A DNA stretch of 64,000 nucleotides, from assembly GCA_964247055.1 (NCBI GenBank), contig OZ176053.1, positions 7,936,001 through 8,000,000 on the forward strand, written 5' to 3'. Every line of letters begins with the position of its first letter. The first letter of the stretch is position 1. The notes beneath the pieces were generated by a model, which was not told the origin of the DNA, searched no databases, and saw only the letters and a program-made list of their open reading frames with translations. This document shows, one piece after another, positions 51,301-64,000 of the stretch. Made by a program: the position numbers and the translations under genes. This DNA comes from Paragordius varius. Its lineage: Eukaryota; Animalia; Nematomorpha.

Positions 51301-52478
51301 ATATATCTAAATAAAAAAACCGTTACAAAACTAGTAAAATACTTTGAAAAATCTTTAGATTTTTGAAGTCCTTCGCCCAAATTTTCCATCATTTGCTTAA
51401 ATGTCATTTTTTGGTTTTCTCGTTTAAATATATTAGATTGCCCAAAAAGAGACAATCGCTTTTTAAAATTATTGTTTGTGTTATTATTGCAAGACAAGGG
51501 TGAAAGTAAATTTTTTATTGTAGTATTGTTTGGGGGATCATTATAAGTTTTTTCTGGCGAAGGTTTGGTTAAAGCTTGGTCCTTATTTAGTATATCAGAA
51601 TTGTTATTAAAATTGGTGCTATGCCTATTGACATCTTCGGTTGAAAATGAATCTTGGAGCCATTTGGTGATGACATTTTGTTGTTTTTGCTCACTTAAGC
51701 AATAATTGTGTACAGTTTCATTGTCCGATTTCGTATACTCTATAATATGGCCATTTATGCTACTGTGCATGGCTGGTATGCTTTTAATCGTAGAGTTGGT
51801 TTCATTTATCATATTGGCTACTGGCATAAGGGTTCTGGTTTCGTTACAAAGGATAATGAAATCGTCACCCTTCAAATCATCCGTAAAATTATATGATGGT
51901 TGCAAATCCTGATGTGGACAAGGTTGTTGAATATCATTGTCGTTAGCGTTCGATAAATTAGTTGAAAACACGGAATTTTTATCTTTTTGCGATGATAAGT
52001 CACCATCTATCGAGGCATTTGTCCCTTCTTTTTGACTCAAAAAATTCTGTAAAATACTACCAGGTGACAAGAAAACTTCATCTGTTGTATTTGCAGAGAC
52101 TTTTTTGATTTTTCGTACTTTAACTTTCTCGGATTTTGACGCAATAGAAGGGACAACAAAGTTCCCATTTTCATGTAGTACGGGCCAATTGACATATATG
52201 GGTTCTTCTTTAACGAATTTATTATTATTATTATTATAGCATTTTCTTTCAAGTTCTTTGTTTTCCATTGCACGATTTTCATAGTTACTCAAATCTTTTT
52301 TGCTTTCTCTTTTATTTAATATGGGATTCATGAGAAAGTCAACCGAATGGTGTCGAGTCTCAAGTTTATTTTTCAATTCTATAAAAACATCATCTGCATT
52401 ATGATTTGAATATGAGGTGTTTATACCAACGTTTAAAGAAGGAATGTTTAAATGTAAATATTCAGCAGTCAATTCCAT
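36306..52478 (-). CDS. Ephexin/ARHGEF26-like DH-PH RhoGEF, ~1777 aa, 16 exons: 52478-51343, 46085-45857, 45559-44995, 44265-43435, 42741-42538, 41842-41782, 41697-40774, 40683-40461, 40399-40343, 39512-39316, 39137-38973, 38811-38610, 38172-38083, 37084-36903, 36669-36493, 36396-36306
   Basis: Exons sum to 5334 nt with matching phases. Ephexin-type LWHDIPE...QEAMYEILMTEKSY, HYLFSNI, YIKYCSNQSYQ, LILPMQRITRMPLL (DH); LISQHRYVAKHG, LILFNDLFLIGK, IIDYC, QQNHENQ, EWITAF (PH). The joining of the N-terminal exons rests on open frames and splice phases, not homology. Confidence 0.85.
38421..38595. mobile_element. Truncated fold-back MITE copy (one TIR) in a RhoGEF intron
   Basis: accatttacaatttatcaccctcgaacaa...accctaaaaataaatta; reverse complement of the right half of 3091-3384. 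Confidence 0.65.
42222..42499. mobile_element. Same hAT MITE family
   Basis: caggcgcgtttaac...agacacccctg; flanks aattaatt/atctaatt. Confidence 0.75.
44461..44770. mobile_element. Same hAT MITE family
   Basis: cagaggtgtccaaacc...ggtaacccctg; aatgcccatat motif. Confidence 0.75.
46230..46512. mobile_element. Same hAT MITE family
   Basis: caggggtggttagcacgcgg...gccatttgtgttaaacacctc. Confidence 0.72.
47541..48453 (-). mobile_element. 5'-truncated RTE-like LINE, 3' RT fragment (pseudogenised)
   Basis: RQGCVLSPTLFN, FHYADDTILL, YTYLRSLI, AFEMWCWRKIVQITW; (TAA)n-like tail toward 47541. Confidence 0.88.
48465..49198 (+). mobile_element. Second 5'-truncated RTE-like LINE fragment, opposite orientation
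   Basis: Starts at the YADD-equivalent; WCWRKI, LSYFGHITR, GKVEGSRKRGR...RW; ends in ataataataat; highly similar to the left copy. Confidence 0.88.
50275..50468. mobile_element. Tc1/mariner-type MITE, TA TSD (RhoGEF intron 1)
   Basis: TA|CAGTATGAGTAA...TTATTCATACTG|TA; colinear with 12938-13119. Confidence 0.85.
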
Positions 52479-55400
52479 TGAGATATGATAAAGAAAATGT
52501 GTTTTCTAAATATACATTTTCGACTTTAAAAGTTGTATAACAATCTAAAAACTGAAACGTTTGAATGATCAGAATATATACATTTTTAGCGAACGAGATT
52601 CATTCCATGTAAAAAAACAAAAAAAATATTTTAGTAATATCACTAATTTAACAATTATGCATTGTAATGATAGGTAGGTAGGTAAGTAATACAGTTTCTC
52701 TTCTCTTGTTCGTTTTCCATCTTCTTTGCTTTCTACTGTTTTTTCAAATATACTTTTTTTTAATAACGATGAAATTGATTTAATATACTAAATTTTATAT
52801 AAAATAAAAATATTTTCAATATATTTTTTAAAAAATAATTATTGAATTTGCACGCTGTAAGGTGGTTAAAAAGTGTTGCAATTGAGATTTTTTCACAATC
52901 CACAATCAAATGGTTATTATCAAAATATATGATAATTATATTTATCAGTATAAGTAAAAAGTCAAAACACAAATTATATAGTATAATTTTACATGTCAAC
53001 TTCATATTACTATTTCATATTTTTTTATAAAAATATTTTGTGGTTTGATATTGTTTTTCATAAAAAAGGTGTAATGGTGTGAAGAACGTTATTTTAATTT
53101 GATTATATTGTTTATATATCACTTATTTTATGAGTTAGCTAGTGAGCTATCCTCACGTTATGTTAACGTTAAAAAAATGCTAATTTTTTGCCCATAATTT
53201 TAATTATAACAATATCGTTTTTTAATTGATAAACATAGAAGAAATATGTAAAATATATCTCCTTCATTACTAAAAACTATATAATATATAATAAATAAAA
53301 AGATTTTCGCGCGTTAAAGGTGTATATATAAATTAATAATTTACATAATGGTAAACTTGGGATAAGATACTCTCTACATATAAATTATACAGTTGTTTTT
53401 GGTAATTTTCTATTTTATATTTTAGGAAAAAATCGAAATACCACACTTGTCTGAACTTTTAATTGCAATGAGAGAGTACATAACTTGTCAAATATGTAAT
53501 GTTATAGTTTCCCTTATTTATGTAAAATAACATATATAAAAAGTGTGTATATAATTGATAATTATAAAATGTATATAATTATAATAAAAAATGTTCAAAA
53601 TATTCAGTGACACCAAAATATTTCTCTCCTCATCATGTTATTGATTAGAAATAATAATTGATTCATTTTTACTTCGTATATATATAAAATACAATTAGAG
53701 GTAGTTATATATACACTATCGTTAATATCTCACTGATTTATATATATATATATATATATATGGTGAAATAATGATTTCAAATAGGTGTAAAAGTTTTTGT
53801 TATAATTAAAATATCAGAATTCAGAGAGCGAGATTTGAATTTCATATTCAATTATACTTATTTCTGTGTGAAAAAAGAAGATTGGTAGGATCTCGAGGTA
53901 AAGATAATATGCATAATAAAACGAGGAAAAGGTAAAAGAATTAAAGTAAAAAGTGAAGAATAAAAGTTTAGATAATAAATTTTAGGTGTATACCATATAA
54001 ATAATATTTTTCAAAGGTGTTATATACTTATTGTTTTTCTAAGAGTATACGCTAAATATTTAACTGCTAGTAATATATCTATTATATATATTAGCGTTAC
54101 TTTTTTAATTGTACTTAGAAAACGTGCATTGTAGATGCGTTTTGAAACGCATTTTTTTGATAACAGAAAGAAATATCAAATATTTTAATTTAATCAGTGG
54201 CATACGAAGATTAGAACAATTAAAAAGATTTTTGATACTTGAAAATGAATGTAAGACTGAACACGATTTAAACTTCCAGGATTTATTTTAAAACAACCAA
54301 AAATTATGATAACAGAAAGACTTCTAGTTATATATTCATAATCTTTGTAAATAAGGTTATTTTATAAAATAAAGGGTGACTAAATTTTTGTGGATTTACA
54401 TGCTGTTAAATTTGGCATAAACTATATTTTATTTAAGTATTAAGAGGTTAATTAAAATTTAAGAGCAGGTATCTCTGACAATATATTGGAACATAATAAA
54501 GCTTGAATTTAAAATTATTTAAATATAATTTATTAAAAGAATGATTATTTTCATAATATATAAAGGGATGATTTAAGATTAATTATAAAAAAACTCTAAA
54601 GCATATCTAACAGACTTTTTTTTCTTAATTTTTGGAAATGGTATTTTGTGAATTCTAACGCAAATTAGATTTTTGTAAAAATGATGTTTATGTATAACAA
54701 ATATGTAAATCAAAAAAATAACTAATTTAGAGATTTTTGTGTTATTAGACATTGAGTCAGCCAGCTCTGCTATTTACAAATTTAATCCTCCTAGAACAAT
54801 TTATCATATAGCATGAGCTTTGCGAATAAAATAATTTTATAATAATAATACATAATAAAAGAATTTGCAACCAGAAACCAGGAAATTAGTGCAAAAAATT
54901 AACATAAATAACTGTTTTATAATATTTTTAAACAAATGAAAGGGAGAGAGATTAACTGAAGAATTAGTAAAGACATATTATTACAAAGATAATAAATGCA
55001 AAAATACGTGTAAAATATGGGTGGGATTTTGTTTGAATTAATATATTTCGCATAAAAATTCACCAAAAAATATAAATTTCTAAAATTGTGGTTAATGCTT
55101 AAAATTTAAATTTAAATTAATAAAAATGACCCTTCCCATTTTTGAATGAATTTTTAAATATTATTCAATTTTTTCCTTATACTTAGCTGTGTCATCTTAA
55201 ATTTGCCGTAATAGAAAGCGATAAGTTTTGGTAACTGTTTAAAACAAAGAATCGCAATGTTAAAATAATTTCCTTTTTTCTCAAAAATCCATTCTATATT
55301 AATTACATTTAATAGTTTAATCTAAAACTTAAGTTATATATAATATGAAGAGGCAAAATGCGAGCATTGCCTTATAATTTTCTATTATTTCGGCAAAAAC

Positions 55401-58400
55401 AAACTATTTTACCCCATCCAATAATTGTGGATTATTATTGATAAAAAAAATCGTTTAATTTTATTTTGAAGACATAAAAAATGTTTTTGAATATTTAACT
55501 GAAACAAAAGCCGTTCCATACCAACAACATTGTAATATTATAAAAAATCCCTAACTAAAAACATCGAAGACATTTTAATAGCCTTTCATGTAAACTGAAA
55601 TAAAGATAGTTTTTTAATTAAAAATAAAATATAGTTAATTAATTAATCATCACTCATCAGATTTATATAGTTTCACGATTTTTGAGTTATATTAGAGTAG
55701 CACTGTAAAAATTAAAATAGGGACCAAAAACCGAAACGAAATAGTTTCACACAAAAACGGGTCCCGCCAAATAAAATAATAAAATTAGGACGGAAGAGAC
55801 TCTTGTGAAATGTATTTTGTTTCTTAGGATATAATCAATTCGGTAAATTTTCTCAGTTAGTGTTATATTTTGGATGAAAAGAGTAGTTTTTGATATTTTA
55901 GCATTTCGCGCTAAATAACTATCCAACTTTAAGAATCCAAAAATGAGGATCATTAAACTAAAACAACAATTTTTTAGCAGTGGGTTATTCATAAAACGTT
56001 TTAATAAAATTCATTATAAAATTAAGATAGGTCGCTGAGCGACTATCTCACCATACTAGAATCCATGCATATTTCTCCCCCGCTACAGATTTCAATCATA
56101 AATATATAACTTGAAAATATATATAATATTTAAATAACACTGTATAATTGGAAAAATGGCCCATCATTTCAATGAAGAAATACAAATTATTGCTTAAATT
56201 TTTCCCTTATATTTTTGAAATAGAGTACAGATTCAAATAGTATTTAATTACGTTAAAAATATAATCTCAACTTTTTAACTACTGATACCAATCAGCCAAT
56301 GTAGTGTATGAGTGAAACATAAAACAAAATACCCGGGCAGTGGGCATTTATTTTCTTCTGTTTTGAAGAGGTTTTCGCCGTTGAACACAAAATTTTATAA
56401 ATATCCCAAGAAAGTTACCAAAATATAAGAGACTTGTTACGGAAAAAATAAAATATCTTTTTGTAAATTTTCGAAATATTAGCGGATTTTCCTGCAAATA
56501 TAGAGTTGTTTAGAAACCGAATACAATAAAGACCGTAAAAAATATGTAAAATAATATTTGATCAATACAACATTTGTTACAAAGATATTGAATTCAAAGG
56601 GTCCCTAACATTGCGGACCAAAATGGGTCATATAAAATTGTATCCTGATTAAATATAGATAGAAAAATCTTTCAGGATTATCATGGTGCTTTTGGTTTTG
56701 GGTAAATATGATATAAGAAGGTTATTACCACTTTTATGGTATTTGCTCAATTTCAGAAAATGGCAAATTTTTCTCACAATTTGCTACATAAAAATTTTTG
56801 GTGAAAAAATGCTTCATTTATATTATAAATTATATATATAAATAGCAAAAAATATTTTCAGAATTTTAAATTTTAGATGTGGTCTCTGCTTTAAATTTTT
56901 GGACGCACTAAAACTGGCAAGTTTTCCTAAACTAAACGAGAAATTTCCGATATTGCGAAATAAAAAAAATAAATATGTGCTAAATTTTGGTGGAAAAAGT
57001 TGCCAAAAATGGATATTCTGCTTTAAAATTAATAAACAAAATTTTGGTAATGCGAGTTTTTATATTTTGAAGCATTGTAGAAACGGTAAAAAAACACTTT
57101 AAGATATCAACAAATTTTTAACTGTAATTCAATTATGCTGAACATTTCTATCACCTCATATTCATAACTTAGAAATGTGATGTTAAAAACCCAATTTATA
57201 TCTAACTTTAATTTGTCGACAAACAAAATTTTAATCGAAAATCTGACGTGATAGATATGTTTAGCATCATCGAATTGTATGAGAAACTGTTTTTATAATC
57301 CTATGTTTTCCTACCGTTTCCATCATTCAAAATACGTTAATACTCGCTTCACCAACTACAAATTTAATTTTTGATCCGAATACCCATTTTTTCGGAAAAA
57401 TCTCTTCTGATGTCAAATTTATCATAACACCTCTTGATCGCTCGGGGTAGTTGTATGCCCCAAATGCAGAAAAGATTTAAATATCTGAATTTTTAGTTAG
57501 CCAAACAATGCTTTCTTAAGCCTTCAGGCGCATGATACAAAAATTTTTTGTGAAAAAAATGGATTGTAAAAAAATCCTTATCTCAAATAAACGCCATTTT
57601 TTTCTTTTATTTTAAATCGTGAATAAACAGGCAATAAATGTATATTATGGTTGGAAATAATAATTAATAAACTTTGGGAAGTGGCACAATTCAGCAAATT
57701 TGTGATATATATTTTTTAATATCAGCTGTAGTTTCAATCGTGTTAGGAGTTATCTGTATCCGGGACTCTATAAGTTATGAAACGTGAGCATTAACTTATC
57801 TCAGTCAGGAGAAAAGGGTATAAAAATTTTAACCAAAAAAATTTTAAAACTTGTTTACTACTTAGAGCTCAGTGAAGGAAAACTACCCCAAAATATCATC
57901 ATGTACAAATAAATGAAATAGTAATGATTTAAAATTTTTATCGCGTAACATCGCATTTTTGCGTTTGAAAGAAAACTTGTCAATTTTAGACGGAATTAAA
58001 AATTTAAGATTTTCGGAAGTTCTAAATTTAAATATAAAAATATGTTTAGGTTTGATATATAGTTTATGATATATTTTGTGATATTTTTTGAAATAAAGCA
58101 TTTTCACTAAAAAAAATTTATTTAGCAAAATGTGCACAAATTTATTTTCTGATATGTAGTAGTTAACCAGGAAAGTGACAATTACTTTCTGGTATCACTC
58201 GTCAAAACCTATAATGATAATCCTAATACATTTATCTATCTATATAATTTATCAAGCGAAAGTGTATAAACTCAAGGCATCACTTATGTTTTATTCTTTT
58301 TCATTTCTTTAGTATATTGGCTGAACTATAAATGACTTCCTTAATGAACGCCTCTCCTATTTTGTCTAAAAAAAGCGACCCCTTTAAAACAAAATTTTCC

Positions 58401-59498
58401 AAATAATAAAGGTGTTTTTTTATATTCTTAACGGTGGCGGAATCGGTTATTTGGAAAAATAAATAAATCATATTTAAAAGATACTAATTCTGATTTTCCC
58501 AAATATTCAAGCGGTCTTCAGCTCTTGTACTCGGACCATCCTTTTTATCCTATAATATCTGAAAGCGCATGATCATGTGGAGTTGTATTTTAAAATTTAT
58601 AATTACATTAATTGAAGGGTTCAATTAGTATACAACATAGTCTTAGTTTCATAAATATCAATGTTTTTAAGCGTATTAAATTTGAGAAATTATATTATTA
58701 CCCTAAATTTAGATATTTACTATTGAAATTAAAGATTTTCCATAGCTATTAGATGGTAATTTTGAAGTATATGATTTGTCATTATAAAATTTTACCATTT
58801 GTATGAATTCGTTTGCGGCGCTAAAAATATGCAATATTTTTGGTACAATGACTACCTTCAATAGTTGATGATACCGTTTTCTACATACATAATCTACAGT
58901 GATTTTATAAATATAGGAAGGTCCGAATCTTCGGCTTTGACTCAACGGTTTCTGCACAGAAAACTTTTTATATCCGTTTCATAAATAATAAGTTTTACCG
59001 ATGAAAACCAGAACGAAATTGCTATAATTTAAAAAACTGAACCGGAGTTTAAAGCCTTACAGAGATATTTTTTTGAACAGAATTCTTTTTAAATGCAAAG
59101 TAAAACGGAGATTGGTCGCAAATTATAAATCATTCACAATCTTCATAAAGAAAAGGTTTCTGTAAGCTGTATATTAGGATAATAATCGTAGGACAGGGAT
59201 AATACATTATATCAGTACATGACAGAAAAATACATAATATTTACAATTTTAACTGCTCACATCCTCAAGTATTATTTTAAGTCTTACTGGTGTTTATCAT
59301 CCAATAATATTTATAAATTAAAACGTTTGGGATAATGTCCAAAATTTATTAATGTCTTGGTAACAACCCGGGTACCATAATAAAGAAAATAAATTTGAGC
59401 ATATTTATGTTTTAAATTTTTCCATAGTTACAAGTTACACAGCGTTTATCCGTTTAATTTTATCACATTATTTATTAACTGTGTTAATAAATTTAAAT

Positions 59499-59787
59499 CA
59501 GGGGTGTCCAACACAAATGTTTTCACAGGCCGCCCTTTTTGTTAAAAAATCGGGTGCGCCGCATTGGCAAAATACATGGGCATTAACAAAAATTTTATTA
59601 AATTTTAAACATAAGATTGTAAAAACTACTATTTATTTTAACATTTTGCTATTTCATTGCCAAATTTGGGAAGAATTTTACAAAAAATTCAGTTAAAAAA
59701 ATAATTTTACTTGGATTTCGATAAATTTTGTATTTAAAATTTCTTGCGGGCTGCAGAAACCCGCGGGCCGCGTGTTGGTCACCCCTG
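59499..59787. mobile_element. Same hAT MITE family, inverted, with intact TSD
   Basis: CAGGGGTGTCCAA...GGTCACCCCTG flanked by a perfect 8-bp ATTTAAAT duplication. Confidence 0.88.
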
Positions 59788-61121
59788 ATTTAAATGATAT
59801 TCATAATATTTTTTATATTTAAATATATTGCAATCATTAGAAATTTTCAGATAATTCAATAACATAGTAAGAAATTATTTATGATGACCGGTAACCGATC
59901 AATATTAGACACTAGTTTTTGAGATTGTAATTTTTTTGTAATATACGAATTTTAATGAATAAGTGAAAGATCTCAATTATTCAAATTTAAAGGTAGTAAT
60001 TTTAGCTTCAACTCCCTGATCCGAAATTCCCTTTTACTTTGTTAAATAATTAAAAGACACAAAAGAAAGGTCTTACTAATTCGTTATATAACGAGCGTGG
60101 GTATCACCTGTATAATCCATTTTACAATTTCTAACATTGAATATTTTATTTTCTTTTTGCAAAATTAAAAGTATGAGATTTTCACTTAAATTGCATTTGT
60201 TTTCTCTGGTAAAATAATTTTGTATATCTACATCATTATTTGATGTTAGAGTTCATTTTTTCTTCATTTCTTACGGTTCTTCATAATAAATTACCATTGT
60301 CAAACTATAAAAAATACCAAAACGACAACAAAATTAGCATAATGTATTTTTCTACATTTGAATTTATTATTGTTAATTATATTTAATTTTATATAATTTA
60401 TCACACTATTTAGCAGCTAACATCCATTCTCACTACAATGTAAATGACCTTTTGATACTATGATATAATTTATGGGTATTTAAAGTTGGATGAATATATA
60501 ACCTGAGGTCTACTCAAATTTTCCTATTAATTCCAGTTTTAATTTTTCAAAATTTTAGATAAGCTTTTATAATTCTAAAATAATTGGTTATTCATTACTT
60601 TCGCTCATCATAAATTATAAATAATTCTAAATCAACCAACTTCTATAAAAATATGAAAAATAAATACTAAAAAACAATGAATATATTTTTGAACTAATTT
60701 TCATTTAATTATGATCGGATCGAAACCGTTTTTGTAGTGCCGAAACCCCCCCTTTTATATACCCATTTTATAACCAATATGAGTTGTGTCCGAACGGTTT
60801 TGTATTTTTTTTCTTCACTACAATTATGTGTATATCATAGTGTGCCAAATTTAGGACAATGTATTTTTCTTAATTTCGCATTTTTGGATAAAGAAACTCA
60901 CCGGCTTTCAGAATCTGAAGCATTGGGGTCAAGTTTATAAGAAGTACAAGATAAAAAGTTATTCCAACCAATCATTTGTTTTTAAAAATTTTCTACAATA
61001 TTTAAATATAAAAATGGCTATAGCTATTATCAATTGATTACAATATATGTTTCATAAGTTGTTTTTCAATAAGATTCAAAATTAACAAAAAAAGCGCAAA
61101 TGGAAAAATCATTTTTATTAA

Positions 61122-61706
61122 CACTTGGATACAACACATTCATTTTAGTTATTCGATTCAAATTGGGGTAATTAAATACCCCAGGCCTGTATAAAATTAA
61201 ATTCTTTAAAAAATATGGAAGGAATCGATAAAATGGCAAAATCTTGCACTTGTATACATTAATAAACCGAAATTTATAAAAAAATTTATTCAAAAATACT
61301 TGATCATACTTATTTTAAGCTAAAACCGAAAGGTAAAACTTAGTCAACGTGACATGCGTGCAATAGTAAAATTAAAAAATAATACAAAATAAAGAGCTTT
61401 TTCTATTTCTATCAATGTTAGATGTAATTTAAATAAAAAATCAGCTATAATTTTACCCTTAAAATTGAATGAAGACGATATTTTGCAAAAATTTTGCAAA
61501 ATAAATATGGCGTCGAAGTAGTTAGACATGGAACTTTTTTTTCATAACAAAATTTTATATAGATATTTTGGCATATTTATATCATTTTTATTAGGATAGA
61601 AGTATAACTATAAATTGGGACCGCTTGCTTCAGTAGTTTTTTATAAATTAAATCCTAACTCAAACTTAGTCTGGGGTATTTAGATACCCCAATTTGAACT
61701 GAAGTG
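61122..61706. mobile_element. Full-length piggyBac-like MITE (585 bp)
   Basis: TTAA on both sides; TIR CACTT...AAGTG; subterminal GGGGTA-N5/6-ATACCCC hairpin at both ends. Confidence 0.85.
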
Positions 61707-62573
61707 TTAAATATAATCGAAAGTATTAATTTTTCATATTAAAATGTTATAATGTGGATTAACTAAAGTAACTTTTTTGATGAACGCTTATTTTTGCAAA
61801 TTGGCTTTTTAACTTTTTGCATAACTAATGTGAACCCGTATGGTAAATGAGATTGAGATATAATATATGATTTTACATTACAAAACTTAGTTTATATTAT
61901 ATATAAAGTTTATTTTAACATTTAAGCACACCGTGTTAGAATTAAGAATAATGCATTAAAACGGCTTATTTTTTATATATGCTCTGACATTATAAAATAA
62001 AGCAGTTAAAATGCAAAAATCAATTTTTTAGATACAATCGAAATTTAGGAACGAACTTCCAATTGTTTGTGGGGGAATATAAATTTAAATAGTGTACAGT
62101 TTCTAAAAACGCTGAAAATCAAAATTTTATAATAAAAACATATTAACCTGTTTAATACTAGATTTGCTGTTAAGTAAAAATAAGCTTGATAATATATAAA
62201 ACTGTTTGGATGCTTAATTAAAAATATCTTGCCATCTCACCGAACGAATTAATCCATGATTATTTTTTCCATTTTAAAACCTCCATTACGAAATTTTATT
62301 TACTTTCTATTTCATCGCGTTTCAGGAACATTTTATAGATGTAAAGGCTTATAGTAACACAAGCTTATTTTATAAATATTTTATTCTATTTAGCCATTTT
62401 GATTCATTTAAGAACAAATATTCTTCACAACTGAATGTTTAGAATCGGTACTTTGCATTTTTTTCCTTTTATGCAACGTGACCCCAACCTTGTTATGATC
62501 TGAAAGCTGGTACACTATCCGAAAATATTATGAAAATCAGCCATGACATTAAATTTTGCATACTATATATATT

Positions 62574-62765
62574 CAGGGGCGTACCGAGGGGGGGGCAAGG
62601 GGGTGCATCATGCCCCGGGAGCCGTTATTTAGGGGCGCCTAAATGATTTTTTAAATTAAATTTTAATTATGCAAAAATGATAAGAACTTTTAAATGAGAT
62701 TTTTCAGCACTTTAGGTAATAATCCCTAAAATATATACTCTATTATTCACCTAATTAGTACCATA
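62574..62765. mobile_element. One-ended copy of the CAGGGGCGTACCGAG MITE without the Helitron
   Basis: Reverse complement matches 23685-23852 then directly ~22988-23009. Confidence 0.75.
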
Positions 62766-63080
62766 AAACGAGAATGACCTAACATTATTGAGAGTGGTAA
62801 AAGAAAAAATTTAATATGATAGATTTTAATAATATAATTGATCATTTGCAATATCAAAAGCCAGAAAAAATTAAACATAAAAGATATTTTTTCTCTTAGT
62901 TGCTTTTTTCCTTTGCAAGTGAAAAAATCTTCATATAATTAATATTTTAATTGCATTATAATTCTATTAAAATCGTATTGTAAAATTCGCTTAGAATTAC
63001 AATTATTTTTTAAATCATTATTGTTCGCCATTATCATAAGATCAATTCAAATGCAACTAAAACATTATTTTTATATATAA

Positions 63081-63140
63081 CTAGTGTAAATCTCGTGGTG
63101 CTACGCAGCCCGAGGAAGTCCTTCGGACTTCTGGGGAGGG
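63081..63140 (-). mobile_element. Helitron 3' terminus, same family as 23630-23684
   Basis: Reverse complement ccagaagtccgaaggacttcctcgggctgcgtagcaccacgagatttacactag|t. Confidence 0.75.
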
Positions 63141-63410
63141 GGGATTTTTGATTTTAAGCAATTTTGTTATGCGGCACGAAGTTTTAAAATGAATCACAGA
63201 GTCTTATAAGTTTTCTGAAATTTGGCGTATCGATATGGCGCAGTTGTAGGCAGCCCCCTACCCAGAGGACAATATAAAAATGCAGTTAGATAAAAAAATT
63301 TGTCTTTTACCTGGAATTATACATTCCTAATAGTTTATGGAAGAATGGCTTCAAAACTAAATAATAGTTCAATGATAGCCCGTTTTTTATGAGTAAAGGG
63401 CCTATTTAAC

Positions 63411-64000
63411 TAGGGTTGTGCTGACCAAATCATGACCCGGTCAATTGACCGGGTCATGACCAGGTCAGTGACTATTTATTTTTTGACCATGGTCATTTAA
63501 AAAAACAGCTGTTTTTTAAAAAATTGCTGATAATTTTTTTGGAAGAGAGATAGTAAGATTTTATTGTTTTTTTATATATTTTTGAAAAACTAAAAATTAA
63601 ATATTTTAATATGCTTATTTAACAATATAAAATTGTTTAACATGCATTATAACATTAGCATTTAAGCATATCCAGTTATTTCGAAAAACAAAACAATCAA
63701 GACTTTGCAAAATATGCAACTATATTTGTGAACCAATAAAAAGAATTTTATAATTGGATATTTCAATGATGTAAGAAAGTGTAAAACAAACTAGGTAAAA
63801 TTTTATTTGAAATATCCAGTATTAAAATCTATTTACTTGAAGATTCAGACCACAAACATATGGAATTCTTGACTAAATTTGATTCAAAATATTTGGAAAC
63901 AATAAATATCGAAAAAATGTATAATACCAACTTTTAAGAAAAAACATGACATTATTTGAGTAAAACGCAAGTGTCGTTCGAACATTATTTCCATCCAATA
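63411..64000. mobile_element. Second copy of the TAGGGTTGTGC hAT-type MITE (runs off the window)
   Basis: Same TIR and colinear similarity to 1566-2130 over ~550 bp. Confidence 0.88.

Noticed and set aside
334-52478. Reassigned stop codons as the reason for broken frames
   Set aside because: All interruptions are bounded by GT..AG, insert extra residues or shift frame relative to the family, and all five genes end in an ordinary TAA.
52676-52745. (TAGG)n plus GTAAGT and a pyrimidine tract on the plus strand
   Set aside because: No associated exon or frame identifiable; cannot be told from chance.
54109-54291. 60-aa ORF and other short ORFs in 52.5-64 kb
   Set aside because: No recognisable domain or consistent exon chain; many overlap repeats.
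1-64000. tRNA, rRNA, snRNA genes or CRISPR arrays
   Set aside because: None recognised by eye; repeats have TIR/TSD or Helitron ends, not regular repeat-spacer structure. A covariance-model scan would be needed to exclude small ncRNAs.

Overview
Very AT-rich (roughly a quarter GC, by eye) invertebrate nuclear DNA, standard genetic code; I cannot establish the organism. I hand-spliced five multi-exon genes, each giving a continuous reading frame: a secretagogin-like six-EF-hand gene (334-6348, -), EMC3 (9753-12771, -), a Mesh/SUSD2-like NIDO-IPT-AMOP-VWD-Sushi gene (17899-27524, +), a fatty-acid-binding protein (34934-36100, +) and a ~1777-aa ephexin-type DH-PH RhoGEF (36306-52478, -). The strongest signal is a class of ultra-short GT-AG introns (21, 21, 24, 26, 26, 26 and 33 nt; 7 of 50 introns), five of which must be removed for the frame to stay open. 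They coexist with ordinary 51-5257 nt introns, and none falls at 34-50 nt. Introns and intergenic DNA carry hAT, piggyBac-like and Tc1/mariner-like MITEs, a decayed hAT transposase, Helitron ends and a head-to-head pair of RTE-like LINE fragments forming a long hairpin inside the RhoGEF intron. I found no supportable coding gene in 52.5-64 kb. All comparisons with homologs are from memory of the families, not database searches.
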